Of a DNA stretch of 24,000 bases, positions 1 through 7,741 are shown one piece after another. Positions within the stretch are counted from its first letter, which is position 1. Each line of letters opens with the position of its first letter. The position numbers and the translations under genes were made by a program. This stretch comes from Nitrososphaeraceae archaeon (GTDB lineage Archaea > Thermoproteota > Nitrososphaeria > Nitrososphaerales > Nitrososphaeraceae): NCBI GenBank assembly GCA_009377575.1, contig WHTU01000002.1, positions 22,491-46,490 of the forward strand. The letters run 5' to 3'. The notes beneath the pieces were generated by a model. The model searched no databases. It worked only from the letters and a program-made list of their open reading frames with translations, and was not told the DNA's origin.

Positions 1-454
1 GAATATCGCGCTCAATTTGATCCAGCTGATTATTCAGATTTACCAGATCATATCTATCCTTTCTTGAACGTGGTGTTGATGCTTTTTCATCAAGAGACTT
101 CATCTGAGTCCTTGCTGTACCGAGTGCATTCTTCAGTTCGGTAAACCTGCCAAATTCTGCATCTTTCTGCTCGTTTACCACTTTTAATTTGGCTCGTAAT
201 TCATCCAGATTGATGCGTTCATCGTCAATGAGTCTCTTTGTATCGTCTATTTTCTTGTTGAGGTTTTCTATAGTCTCTTCACCTGTCTTCTTCTCTTCGA
301 GAAGGGTTTTCTTAAAATCTTGCAAAGTTCTAAGGTTGGAATCCGATGCAGGTTGTCTAGACGGCGTACCCTCGTCTCTATTCCTTGTCTGCGAAGTTGT
401 GGTAGCTGCTGATTTTGCAGAATTGCCGCTCTTACTAGTATGCTGGTCTCGCAT
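1..454 (-). CDS. Coiled-coil protein, N-terminal part (gene runs off the left edge of the window)
   Basis: Absent from the ORF track because its stop lies outside the window. The minus-strand frame with codons at 452-454 (ATG) down to 2-4 has no stop when checked triplet by triplet. Hand translation: MRDQHTSKSGNSAKSAATTTSQTRNRDEGTPSRQPASDSNLRTLQDFKKTLLEEKKTGEETIENLNKKIDDTKRLIDDERINLDELRAKLKVVNEQKDAEFGRFTELKNALGTARTQMKSLDEKASTPRSRKDRYDLVNLNNQLDQIERDI. This is a Ser/Thr/Arg-rich head followed by a charged heptad-like helix. Confidence 0.6.
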   Translation of the reverse strand, partial: MRDQHTSKSGNSAKSAATTTSQTRNRDEGTPSRQPASDSNLRTLQDFKKTLLEEKKTGEETIENLNKKIDDTKRLIDDERINLDELRAKLKVVNEQKDAEFGRFTELKNALGTARTQMKSLDEKASTPRSRKDRYDLVNLNNQLDQIERDI

Positions 455-592
455 CACGTCGCTTGACGATTGTAATATAACCAAAAATATATTTTTTCTG
501 ATCCCTTTGACTATTTAATTCTTGCCAACGGAAGGCATTTTGATCCCTACATGTTTATATCAGATAACATTCAATAAAATTTGGAATAATGA

Positions 593-988
593 ATGGAAGA
601 CTTTGAGAAGAATTACCCTGACTTTGACTGGAAGAATCTTCCTGCGTACAAACATCCTCAAGGAAAGGATTGCCCTTGTCCAAAGCACGAGTATATCAGA
701 GAACAAATTAATGTGGCAAAAAATCTAAACACCTCATCAAGGGATAAAGGGCATCAATCTAGACAGAAAGCTCAGGTTACATTAAAGTTTTGTCCAGATC
801 ATTATGATGTTTACTTCAAAGAGGTTATTCCGTCCATGCCAATGAAATACAAAATTATGACCAAGATCGCATTAAAGATTGGAGCTGTTGTCATTCAAAA
901 GATTCCATACATGATGTCTGACCAGTGCTTCTACTGTCGCTTTGGCTCAGGCGGTTTTGACAAGAAGACGGAGTTGCCACCTATATAG
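593..988 (+). CDS. Hypothetical small protein with Cys/His pairs (possibly metal-binding)
   Basis: 131-aa ORF with an ATG start. TATA-like TTTATATC at 554-561 lies about 32 nt upstream. Contains CPCPKH, CPDH and CFYC motifs. No family recognised. Confidence 0.5.
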   Translation: MEDFEKNYPDFDWKNLPAYKHPQGKDCPCPKHEYIREQINVAKNLNTSSRDKGHQSRQKAQVTLKFCPDHYDVYFKEVIPSMPMKYKIMTKIALKIGAVVIQKIPYMMSDQCFYCRFGSGGFDKKTELPPI

Positions 989-1048
989 CAGAAAATATAA
1001 TTTAGACGTCGCAACAACCATTAAATGTAGTGGATTTTTCAGCTCCCT

Positions 1049-1741
1049 TCAAGATTTCAATAAGTTCACAAATGTATTAACTCTGTTTGAGGTAAGCGCT
1101 AAGGCCATAATGTTTCTCAAAATAATGTAAAGGTATGGGCATGACCTGCCTGTTTCGATCATATAAGCCTTGACAAAAGTGTTATGAAATGTGTGATATC
1201 TAGAACTACTTAAATCCATTATGCTGGCTAAGAAGCTAGCTATATCCATGCTTCTTGAAAAAACAGAATTGTCTCTCATGATGAAACTCAAATCTGTTCT
1301 GACTAGCTTTCCTTGACCGTCTATCAGGTAGTTTTCGGCCTTGTTATCTAGAAAAACTAATTCAGCATTGTGAAGACGTGCCGTGATAATACCTGCTTTA
1401 TTTGCTAACGACGTGTCCTCCTCTTTCTCGAAAAGAGAATACAAATTACCCCCCTCGATATATTCCTCTATTAGGACCCTCTTGCTATTGTATAAAAGAG
1501 TTGGGCTAAGTATTTCTAACTTCCTAAGTGTTTCTCTCATCACAACGCTCTCGTTATACAATAACATTGAACCAAGCGGATGTGGGGAGCTCGGATGAAG
1601 CATTAGCACTGACGTCAGCACAAAAGCAAATACAAGGATGAAATCTCTAAAGCCCTTGATTTTCTTGTTGGTTTTTATGACTACTTTGCGACCTTCGTAT
1701 TCGCCTTGCCGAACATGCCTCTGCCAATTCACAAAGTACAA
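1049..1741 (-). CDS. Atypical minimal protein-kinase-like protein (RIO/Bud32/Kdo-kinase-like fold)
   Basis: 230-aa ORF with a TTG start. Kinase landmarks appear in order: GEYEGRKVVIK (Gly-loop remnant plus VAIK-type Lys), LIEEYIEGGNL (hinge), LHNAELVFLDNKAENYLI (catalytic loop, D-x-K-x-x-N kept but H replaced by F), KLVRTDLSF (DFG-equivalent DLS). TATA-like element at 1764-1774, 23 nt from the start. Confidence 0.5.
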   Translation of the reverse strand: MYFVNWQRHVRQGEYEGRKVVIKTNKKIKGFRDFILVFAFVLTSVLMLHPSSPHPLGSMLLYNESVVMRETLRKLEILSPTLLYNSKRVLIEEYIEGGNLYSLFEKEEDTSLANKAGIITARLHNAELVFLDNKAENYLIDGQGKLVRTDLSFIMRDNSVFSRSMDIASFLASIMDLSSSRYHTFHNTFVKAYMIETGRSCPYLYIILRNIMALALTSNRVNTFVNLLKS

Positions 1742-1763
1742 CTAGCAACATATTGTTCGTATG

Positions 1764-1782
1764 ATAACTATAAGCTTTATAC
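1764..1782. promoter_or_regulatory. Back-to-back TATA-like boxes of a 70-bp divergent promoter
   Basis: Minus-strand CTTATAGTTAT (1764-1774) lies 23 nt from the TTG at 1741. Plus-strand CTTTATAC (1775-1782) lies 30 nt from the GTG at 1812. Both spacings fit an archaeal TATA at about -26 with very short or no leaders. Confidence 0.4.
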
Positions 1783-1811
1783 GCAAGAAATATGTATTAT
1801 GAACTAGGCTA

Positions 1812-2486
1812 GTGCATTCAGGATTACATAATGCAAGGTATTTTTTTACTGAGCAAAACGCCAATACATATGACCGGATCGTGCGATATGCTACAATTGG
1901 CATGGATATGCATTGGAAAAAAAAAATTCAGAATAAGATCCAAGGAAAAATCGTGCTAGACCTAGCTTCCGGTACCGGAATTCTAAGCGAGATGATCAAG
2001 AGCAACACTAGCGGATTAGATGTTTTGAGTTTGGATCTCTCATTTGACTATGCCAAGATTTCCAATAATAGGAGAAAGATCCGAAATGTGGTTAACGCAA
2101 ACGCTGAAATGTTGCCCTTTAGGAGTCGTAGCTGTGACTGTATCGTATCTTCATACTTGGCAAAGTATGTGGACATCAACAAAGTTGTAACTGAAATTAG
2201 TAGAGTGATAACTCCAAACGGGGTTGTTGTGTTTCATGATTTTTCATATCCAAAAAACAAAGTTGTTAGATTTCTCTGGAAGTTACATTTCAAGTTGTTG
2301 CGTATAGCAGGTTCGATTGTAACATCGTGGCAGCATGTCTTCTTAGAACTTGATCAGATGATTGAGAATTCAAAGTGGTCGGAGGAGCTACTCGCATCCT
2401 TAAGATGTCATGGCTTTGTCGAAATAAGTTCTACGTATTTCACATTCGGTACTTCCAAAATGATTGTTGCTAAGAAGAATGAGTGA
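1812..2486 (+). CDS. Class I SAM-dependent methyltransferase, UbiE/MenG (demethylmenaquinone methyltransferase)-like
   Basis: 224 aa with a GTG start. Collinear with the UbiE pattern: YDRIVRYATIGMDMHWKK (UbiE YDxMNxxxSxGxHRxWK region), VLDLASGTG (SAM motif I), NANAEMLPF (post-I acidic/LPF motif), RVITPNGVVVFHDFSYP. Confidence 0.8.
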   Translation: MHSGLHNARYFFTEQNANTYDRIVRYATIGMDMHWKKKIQNKIQGKIVLDLASGTGILSEMIKSNTSGLDVLSLDLSFDYAKISNNRRKIRNVVNANAEMLPFRSRSCDCIVSSYLAKYVDINKVVTEISRVITPNGVVVFHDFSYPKNKVVRFLWKLHFKLLRIAGSIVTSWQHVFLELDQMIENSKWSEELLASLRCHGFVEISSTYFTFGTSKMIVAKKNE

Positions 2487-3183
2487 GGACACTAATCGGC
2501 TGAACGAATGGTTCGTACCAAAGTTTGGTCCAACTCAATTTAGAATAGCAATAGGAATTCTATTTTTGCCGTATACTGCGATGTGTATATCATTTGCGTT
2601 ACTGGGCTCGCTTCTTACTCCTTCAATCCACTGGGAGAGGATAGTAGGAATCATCGTTATTTACTTTTTTGCTTTGGGAATCGGCGCGCACTTTGCTGAT
2701 TATATTGGTTCAAGAAAGAGGCCTTGGGGAATAGAATTTAGTAAATCAACTTCATGGACCGTCTTGGTTTTGTCTCTCTCAATCGCCTATGCAATAGGCC
2801 TCTACTATATCATTTTGTTTGTGCCTTCGCTCTCAGTCGTAGCAGTTGCAGAAGGTTTTTTTCTTTTTGCGTATAACTTCGAGAAATTTAAGGGGTATTT
2901 CCACACAAATTTTTGGTTTGTGGTAGCATGGGGAGCGCTTCCCGTCCTGGCTGGTTACATGATGCAGACCAATACAATTAGTCTTGAACCGATACTTGTG
3001 GCGACTGTTGCTGGTTTCATCAGTTACGTTGAAATTAGCCTTTCAAGGCCTTACAAGATCCTCAAAAGTAGGAATGAGCAAAATGTCTCTATGCATACAT
3101 TAGAAAAGTATCTGAAAATAATTAGTATGGGCACACTAAGTATTGCCATGGCGGCTCTGGCTATACGTATTGTTCTGGGCTAA
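2479..3183 (+). CDS. Integral membrane protein, about 7 predicted TM helices, family not recognised
   Basis: Hydrophobic segments recur through the ORF (IAIGILFLPYTAMCISFALLGSLL, IVGIIVIYFFALGIG, WTVLVLSLSIAYAIGLYYIILF, among others). The ATG at 2479 overlaps the upstream stop (ATGAGTGA, 2479-2486), suggesting translational coupling. The track start at 2464 is a non-ATG alternative. No UbiA-type Asp-rich motifs seen. Confidence 0.7.
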   Translation: MSEDTNRLNEWFVPKFGPTQFRIAIGILFLPYTAMCISFALLGSLLTPSIHWERIVGIIVIYFFALGIGAHFADYIGSRKRPWGIEFSKSTSWTVLVLSLSIAYAIGLYYIILFVPSLSVVAVAEGFFLFAYNFEKFKGYFHTNFWFVVAWGALPVLAGYMMQTNTISLEPILVATVAGFISYVEISLSRPYKILKSRNEQNVSMHTLEKYLKIISMGTLSIAMAALAIRIVLG

Positions 3184-3233
3184 TACTCTTCTAAAGCACA
3201 CTTTTTAATTCTGGTTAGCCTATTCAAACAGAA

Positions 3234-3743
3234 TTGAAAAGAATCAGACTTACTTCTGGAATGTATAATTGGTCAACATTGCAAAAGGCAGTAGTCGAAA
3301 TAGAAACTAAATTGCAGTACAAAATTCCTCCACTCTTACTAATTGTCATCATACAGAACGGCGTCTTGGAAAGTGTACTTCAAGCATTAGTAAGGAATAA
3401 CATTGAAATTGTCTTACTAGGTCAGAAAAAGTCTGGCTCTATGTTATATCGCAAGGTGTGTGTTAGAAACAAACTTGATGGGAGGGTGATAATGCATGCC
3501 GAATCGAAAATTGAGACTCAAAATCTTCCAATTTTGCTACTAGATAGAATAGTTGATGGAAAAAAGGGGATTGGCAGCTCAATCGAAAATTTACGCATTG
3601 AAACCTTTCGGCATATAAAGAAAATAGGGTTCGATCGAAGGCGAAAGGCCATATACAGAATTTATGATATTTACATACGAAAGCAACTGGCGATTACCAT
3701 AAAGGAGTACTTCCCAATAGACCTCCCGCTCTGGAATTCCTGA
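3234..3743 (+). CDS. Hypothetical protein
   Basis: 169-aa ORF with a TTG start at 3234 (first in-frame ATG at 3261). No motif recognised. Called only on ORF length and the lack of a competing ORF. Confidence 0.45.
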   Translation: MKRIRLTSGMYNWSTLQKAVVEIETKLQYKIPPLLLIVIIQNGVLESVLQALVRNNIEIVLLGQKKSGSMLYRKVCVRNKLDGRVIMHAESKIETQNLPILLLDRIVDGKKGIGSSIENLRIETFRHIKKIGFDRRRKAIYRIYDIYIRKQLAITIKEYFPIDLPLWNS

Positions 3744-3954
3744 ATGGGGACTTTGAATTCTTAAAATTTAGTGGTCCTTATCGCCACTCATTTTGAAAAT
3801 GAAAATACTCCTCGTCCTGCATCTGATTTCTGGAGACCAAAATTAACTTTCTTTTCTCTGGGTATACTACTTCACCATACTAATCTTTAGATTTTTGATA
3901 TTGCGGAGAAAAATCATCGTGTCTCGTCATTCGGTGACACATGACTGAACTATT

Positions 3955-4713
3955 TCAGCTACTGGTAAGGAGAAGATTTCTGTTATGGTGGCCAAAGATC
4001 CTGGTTTGTTGTTCTATTGTTAAAGCCTTTTTGACTTCCTGTCGATGATGACAACAAAATGCTTTAACATTTATTTTTTTATCAAATTTAGGAGCATAAG
4101 AACATTCGTAGTCCACAAGCTCTTCGATTCTGTTGAGGAGGTAGAATGATCCCACATCAGCAATAACACACAACCCTTTCATCCCGAAGTCGTGCGTATA
4201 CTGTAACAAGGAATTCAGGAGATTTAAGATTCTGTACGGTTTGTATTGGATAGGAAATGGAGCATATTGATCCTCCAATTGCTCATTAGATGCCCAAATC
4301 CTCTTGTCGAAGTTCTCGCCATTTCTGTGATTATTGCCTGCTTCCTCACACCTTTGGTCAACAGTAGAACATGAATACGCTGTAACGGAATCCATTAATA
4401 CAATAGGCCCTTGTTTCATGCCTCCGTCGATGTCTATTCCCGTTCGTTTTAGCACATTTCTAATGTTACTAACAGTGTCATAGTAGGATATTATCAAAAT
4501 CATTTCATTTTCAGCACCATTTGAGTTATTTTCAACAAGTACATTTCTGCAATATTTTGAATACAATTGCCTAAAAGATCTGCGATTTGGATAAACCAAC
4601 ATATTATGTTCTCCATAGTCTGAGACCAGTAGCTCCTCAACCATAGCATTAGGATCTGCTGTAAGAGCTATCTTTTTTTCGCTATAAAACGCATCATCAA
4701 GAAAACCGATCAA
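3955..4713 (-). CDS. MEDS-domain-like protein (putative sensory/regulatory)
   Basis: 252 aa with a TTG start (in-frame ATG at 4644). Pattern GEHNMLVYPNRRSFRQLYSKY...ENEMILIISYYD...GIDIDGGMKQGPIVLMDSVTAY...VKAFCCHH resembles the MEDS layout (HxxxxY near the N-terminus, central GxD, a late aromatic/Cys-rich strand). Recognised by eye only. Confidence 0.5.
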   Translation of the reverse strand: MIGFLDDAFYSEKKIALTADPNAMVEELLVSDYGEHNMLVYPNRRSFRQLYSKYCRNVLVENNSNGAENEMILIISYYDTVSNIRNVLKRTGIDIDGGMKQGPIVLMDSVTAYSCSTVDQRCEEAGNNHRNGENFDKRIWASNEQLEDQYAPFPIQYKPYRILNLLNSLLQYTHDFGMKGLCVIADVGSFYLLNRIEELVDYECSYAPKFDKKINVKAFCCHHRQEVKKALTIEQQTRIFGHHNRNLLLTSS

Positions 4714-4974
4714 TGTGCAGGAGTACCCTCATCAAACTAGCAGCTCAGCTAGAATTTCTCCTCACGCATATTTATTGGTTTATTGGTTTATTTATGATAG
4801 CTTCTAGATTTGACCTTCTGTTTCATTGGAGATAGTAAGACCTCCTGAGGCACTCGGACGCGTTACTATGCAATCCCTATTCAGAGCCCCAGATTTCAGA
4901 ATTATCCGTTGCTTGATAAACTGAAGCTATCTTTTCGTTGTGAACAAGCGATAGCAGTTGATTCTTAGGGTACA

Positions 4975-5048
4975 TGGACCGGGTGGGATTCGAACCCACG
5001 ACCTCGGCAATGCCAATGCCGTATCCTACCAGACTAGACGACCGGCCC
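4975..5048 (-). tRNA. tRNA-Ala (anticodon GGC)
   Basis: Reverse complement: GGGCCGGTCGTCTAGTCTGGTAGGATACGGCATTGGCATTGCCGAGGTCGTGGGTTCGAATCCCACCCGGTCCA. It folds as a cloverleaf:
- Acceptor stem GGGCCGG/CCGGTCC with the G3:U70 alanine identity pair.
- D-stem GTCT/GGAT.
- Anticodon stem CGGCA/TGCCG, loop TTGGCAT.
- T-arm GTGGG-TTCGAAT-CCCAC.
- Discriminator A73.
No CCA is encoded and there is no intron. Confidence 0.93.
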
Positions 5049-5071
5049 TATCTAGAGTCACAATTCCCTCG

Positions 5072-5079
5072 ATATTAAT
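5072..5079 (-). promoter_or_regulatory. TATA box of the tRNA-Ala promoter
   Basis: Minus-strand ATTAATAT, with its gene-proximal edge 24 nt upstream of tRNA position +1 (5048). Confidence 0.5.
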
Positions 5080-5138
5080 ACGTTTGACAGCAGTTAACGA
5101 TATTATATCGCACTTTATACTGTCTGTACTGGTTTAGG

Positions 5139-5567
5139 GTGGCGCCGGAACAATCTGTGGGAGCGGTAATAAAATACTGGTCACCAAATGAAGAAGGAGG
5201 GACAAACTCTGAGTTTTTACTATTGCGAAATAAGAGGGGTTTCTGGGGTTTCCCACAAGGCCATAAGGAAAAGGGAGAGACTGAGCTACAGACTCTAGTT
5301 CGGGAAGTAACGGAAGAGACAGGAATTACATCTATAGACATTCAATCCTATATCGGAAAAATAAGTTATTCCTTCTTCAGAGGTGATGGCATGAAGTCGG
5401 AGAAGGATGTGATTTTTTATTTCGCAACCACTAACATAAGAAATGTTAGAATTTCAGATGAACACGCCGGTTATAGATGGGTCTCGTATCTCGATGCCCT
5501 GTTGATGCTTGGTCATAGACAACTTAAATCAATATTGTCGAGGGGACATCGAAAAGGGCTCTATTGA
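5139..5567 (+). CDS. NUDIX hydrolase (Ap4A-hydrolase-like)
   Basis: 142 aa with a GTG start. Complete Nudix box in WGFPQGHKEKGETELQTLVREVTEETGI (G-x5-E-x7-REVxEExGI). Confidence 0.85.
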   Translation: MAPEQSVGAVIKYWSPNEEGGTNSEFLLLRNKRGFWGFPQGHKEKGETELQTLVREVTEETGITSIDIQSYIGKISYSFFRGDGMKSEKDVIFYFATTNIRNVRISDEHAGYRWVSYLDALLMLGHRQLKSILSRGHRKGLY

Positions 5568-5673
5568 ATTTCTAGGTAATAATCCTTAGCTACTGGGAAT
5601 TTTAGTAGGAATTTGGCGTATCGGAATAGATTTATATCAATGCTCAGATGGAATAAGGAGGAACGTTTAGATC

Positions 5674-7248
5674 ATGGTTAACGGTAAGAGAGTGGTACTA
5701 ACTGCAGATAGGAGTCTCATGACCAACTATAGAGGCAATTTTCTTTATGGTTTCATCGCTTGCGGACCTTATGAACTAGTTCCTGAGTTTGTCTTCGATA
5801 AACTTTTTTGTCCCAGTGTAGAAACTGACAAGACAACAGGGGAAGTTAAAGTCGCTCAATGCGGATTAAGGAGAGTTGAGGCCGCATTGCTCAAGGAGTA
5901 CAACTCTAATGACATTTTCATAGCTCACCCCGAAATGCTCGAAAGATGTGTCGGGCCTGAAACTAAAGTTATTGGAATAAATGTAATGGATCCTTTAGGA
6001 ATGGCGCCTGTAACCACGACAATGTCACCCGAAAAGCTTTCGTACGTTGCCATGAAATTTAAAAAGTTGTGTGCCTCCATAATTCAACTCAAGAAAAAAT
6101 ATGGTTTCAAAGTTGTCGTAGGGGGGAATGGTGCCTGGGAGTTAGCGAAACCAGACCGAATGAAGATTCATGGTATTGATACGGTAGTTATAGGTGAGGC
6201 GGATGAATTAGCCCTTGATCTATTCCACGACCTAGAATCTGGTGATGCCCCCGAGTTACTTCACACTTTTGTCAGGAGAATCGAGAATATTCCAAGCATT
6301 CGTGGACCGACAATAAACTCACTGATTGAAGCAATGAGAGGATGTGGTAGGGGTTGCGATTTTTGCGATGTAAACAAGCGTTCAAAGAAAGACATTCCAC
6401 TTGAAAGACTACAGGAAGAAGCTAAGATTAACCTGAAGTATGGTTTTGACTCAATATGGCTCCAATCTGATGAAATGCTCTTGTATGGCTGTGACAACAA
6501 GGACTTTGTTCCCAATTCTGATGCAATAATTAACGTATGGTCTGGCCTGAAGTCTGTGGGTGCGAATTTCATAGGCACTACTCACATGACTCTTTCGGCA
6601 GTAGCGAGCTCACCCGATCTCATAACAAAATTATCTCATATCAATGGAATGGAAAGAAGTGGTCGATGGCTTGCCACCAATCTTGGTGTCGAAACAGTTG
6701 CGCCCAGAATGGTAAAGAAACATCTTGGCGTTAAAACAAAGCCGTACCAAGCGGAAGAATGGGGAGCAGTTGTGCGACAGGGCGTCAAAATCTTGAACCA
6801 AAACCACTGGTTTCCGGCACTGACTCTTATTATAGGATGGCCAGATGAAACTCCTGACGAGACTCAATACACCATAGACTTAATTGATGATTTTCGAGAT
6901 ACTAATATGCGTGGACTTGTCGCGCCACTACTATACCAAGATTTTTCAGAGAGGAATTCTATGCATTTTGGAAATCTCAATGAAGCACAGTTTGCACTTT
7001 TTTGGAGATGCTGGCAGCACAACCTATGGGTAATAAACGACATAATTCCAATTATAATAAGAAACAAGACGTACGGTCCTCTGATGAAAGTTTTCATGGC
7101 GACTCTAATAAAAGCCGGAACATGGGCGATAATGCGGTATTTGAGGGGATTATCGAAAAATCTTTTTAGCGGAAGACCACCAGAGGAAATTGTTTCAAAA
7201 TATTCGAGAAGAAAATCTGTTACTGCATCGCTTCCTCCAAAGCTTTAA
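5674..7248 (+). CDS. Radical SAM enzyme with an N-terminal B12-binding-like (class B) domain
   Basis: 524 aa with an ATG start, preceded by AAGGAGGA at 5654-5661. CxxxCxxC cluster motif in MRGCGRGCDFCDV. The N-terminal Rossmann-like part (VIGINVMDPLGMAP, VVVGGNGAWEL, VVIGEADE) resembles the cobalamin-binding domain of class B rSAMs. Confidence 0.85.
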   Translation: MVNGKRVVLTADRSLMTNYRGNFLYGFIACGPYELVPEFVFDKLFCPSVETDKTTGEVKVAQCGLRRVEAALLKEYNSNDIFIAHPEMLERCVGPETKVIGINVMDPLGMAPVTTTMSPEKLSYVAMKFKKLCASIIQLKKKYGFKVVVGGNGAWELAKPDRMKIHGIDTVVIGEADELALDLFHDLESGDAPELLHTFVRRIENIPSIRGPTINSLIEAMRGCGRGCDFCDVNKRSKKDIPLERLQEEAKINLKYGFDSIWLQSDEMLLYGCDNKDFVPNSDAIINVWSGLKSVGANFIGTTHMTLSAVASSPDLITKLSHINGMERSGRWLATNLGVETVAPRMVKKHLGVKTKPYQAEEWGAVVRQGVKILNQNHWFPALTLIIGWPDETPDETQYTIDLIDDFRDTNMRGLVAPLLYQDFSERNSMHFGNLNEAQFALFWRCWQHNLWVINDIIPIIIRNKTYGPLMKVFMATLIKAGTWAIMRYLRGLSKNLFSGRPPEEIVSKYSRRKSVTASLPPKL

Positions 7249-7351
7249 AAATCTACTTCTTACCTAGTGAGACGAACCAGATTTCAGACATCCATTCCTT
7301 GTGCACCCGGAAATTCTGTGGACGAGTCAGGTGAAATATTGAACAAATCTT

Positions 7352-7690
7352 TCACGGTGTTTTTGATTCGAGCGCCGCTATTGCTTCATCCGCTATTGTA
7401 GCCTTGACAGGAGTCAGTATAATAAAATAATTTTTGTCAGCTCGTTCAACAGAGTTTACTTGCTTGTACTTCTTTGTTGAAACATCAAATTCAAGCATTC
7501 CAGGATCTATTCTTCCTTTTGTATAGACCATCATTAAGACCTCACCTGAAATAGGGCTTAAAGGGACTATGGAGAAAACATATCCTTTATACGAGCTTAC
7601 AGGCAAGATTTGTTTCATGTAAGGCGCTACTGATACCAAGTACATGAAAACTTCTTCAACGGAAGTAAATTCCTCGAATTCAAATTTCAT
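7352..7690 (-). CDS. Hypothetical protein
   Basis: 112-aa ORF with an ATG start, 51 nt downstream of the FNR-like gene on the same strand. No motif recognised. Confidence 0.5.
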   Translation of the reverse strand: MKFEFEEFTSVEEVFMYLVSVAPYMKQILPVSSYKGYVFSIVPLSPISGEVLMMVYTKGRIDPGMLEFDVSTKKYKQVNSVERADKNYFIILTPVKATIADEAIAALESKTP

Positions 7691-7741
7691 TTCGTAGTTC
7701 TAGACATGTCCAGATATAAAGGCTTTAGTGAAGGCATTTAT

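Noticed and set aside
189-518. 109-aa + strand ORF (MARNSSRLMRSSSMSLFVSS...)
   Set aside because: Low-complexity Ser/Leu/Phe-rich shadow frame. It lies antisense to an uninterrupted, far more protein-like coiled-coil reading frame on the minus strand (1..454).
942-1598. Short + strand ORFs 942..1130 and 1383..1598
   Set aside because: The first overlaps the end of ORF 593..988 and the 3' end of the kinase-like gene. The second lies antisense inside the kinase-like gene. Neither has motifs, and both look like shadow ORFs.
4772-4787. Tandem TTATTGGT x2 upstream of the MEDS-like gene, and the GCTATC/GATAGC hairpin at 4926-4955 downstream of the tRNA
   Set aside because: Both are very short. 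The hairpin lacks a following T-run on the tRNA strand, so neither a terminator nor a regulatory role can be supported.
5075-5341. 88-aa minus-strand ORF overlapping the tRNA promoter and the NUDIX gene
   Set aside because: It lies antisense to a gene with a perfect Nudix box. It would also run through the tRNA-Ala promoter.
6261-7097. ORFs 6261..6578(-), 6537..6734(+), 6631..6867(-) and 6864..7097(-) inside the radical SAM gene
   Set aside because: All are embedded in or antisense to the 524-aa rSAM ORF, which has clear family motifs throughout.
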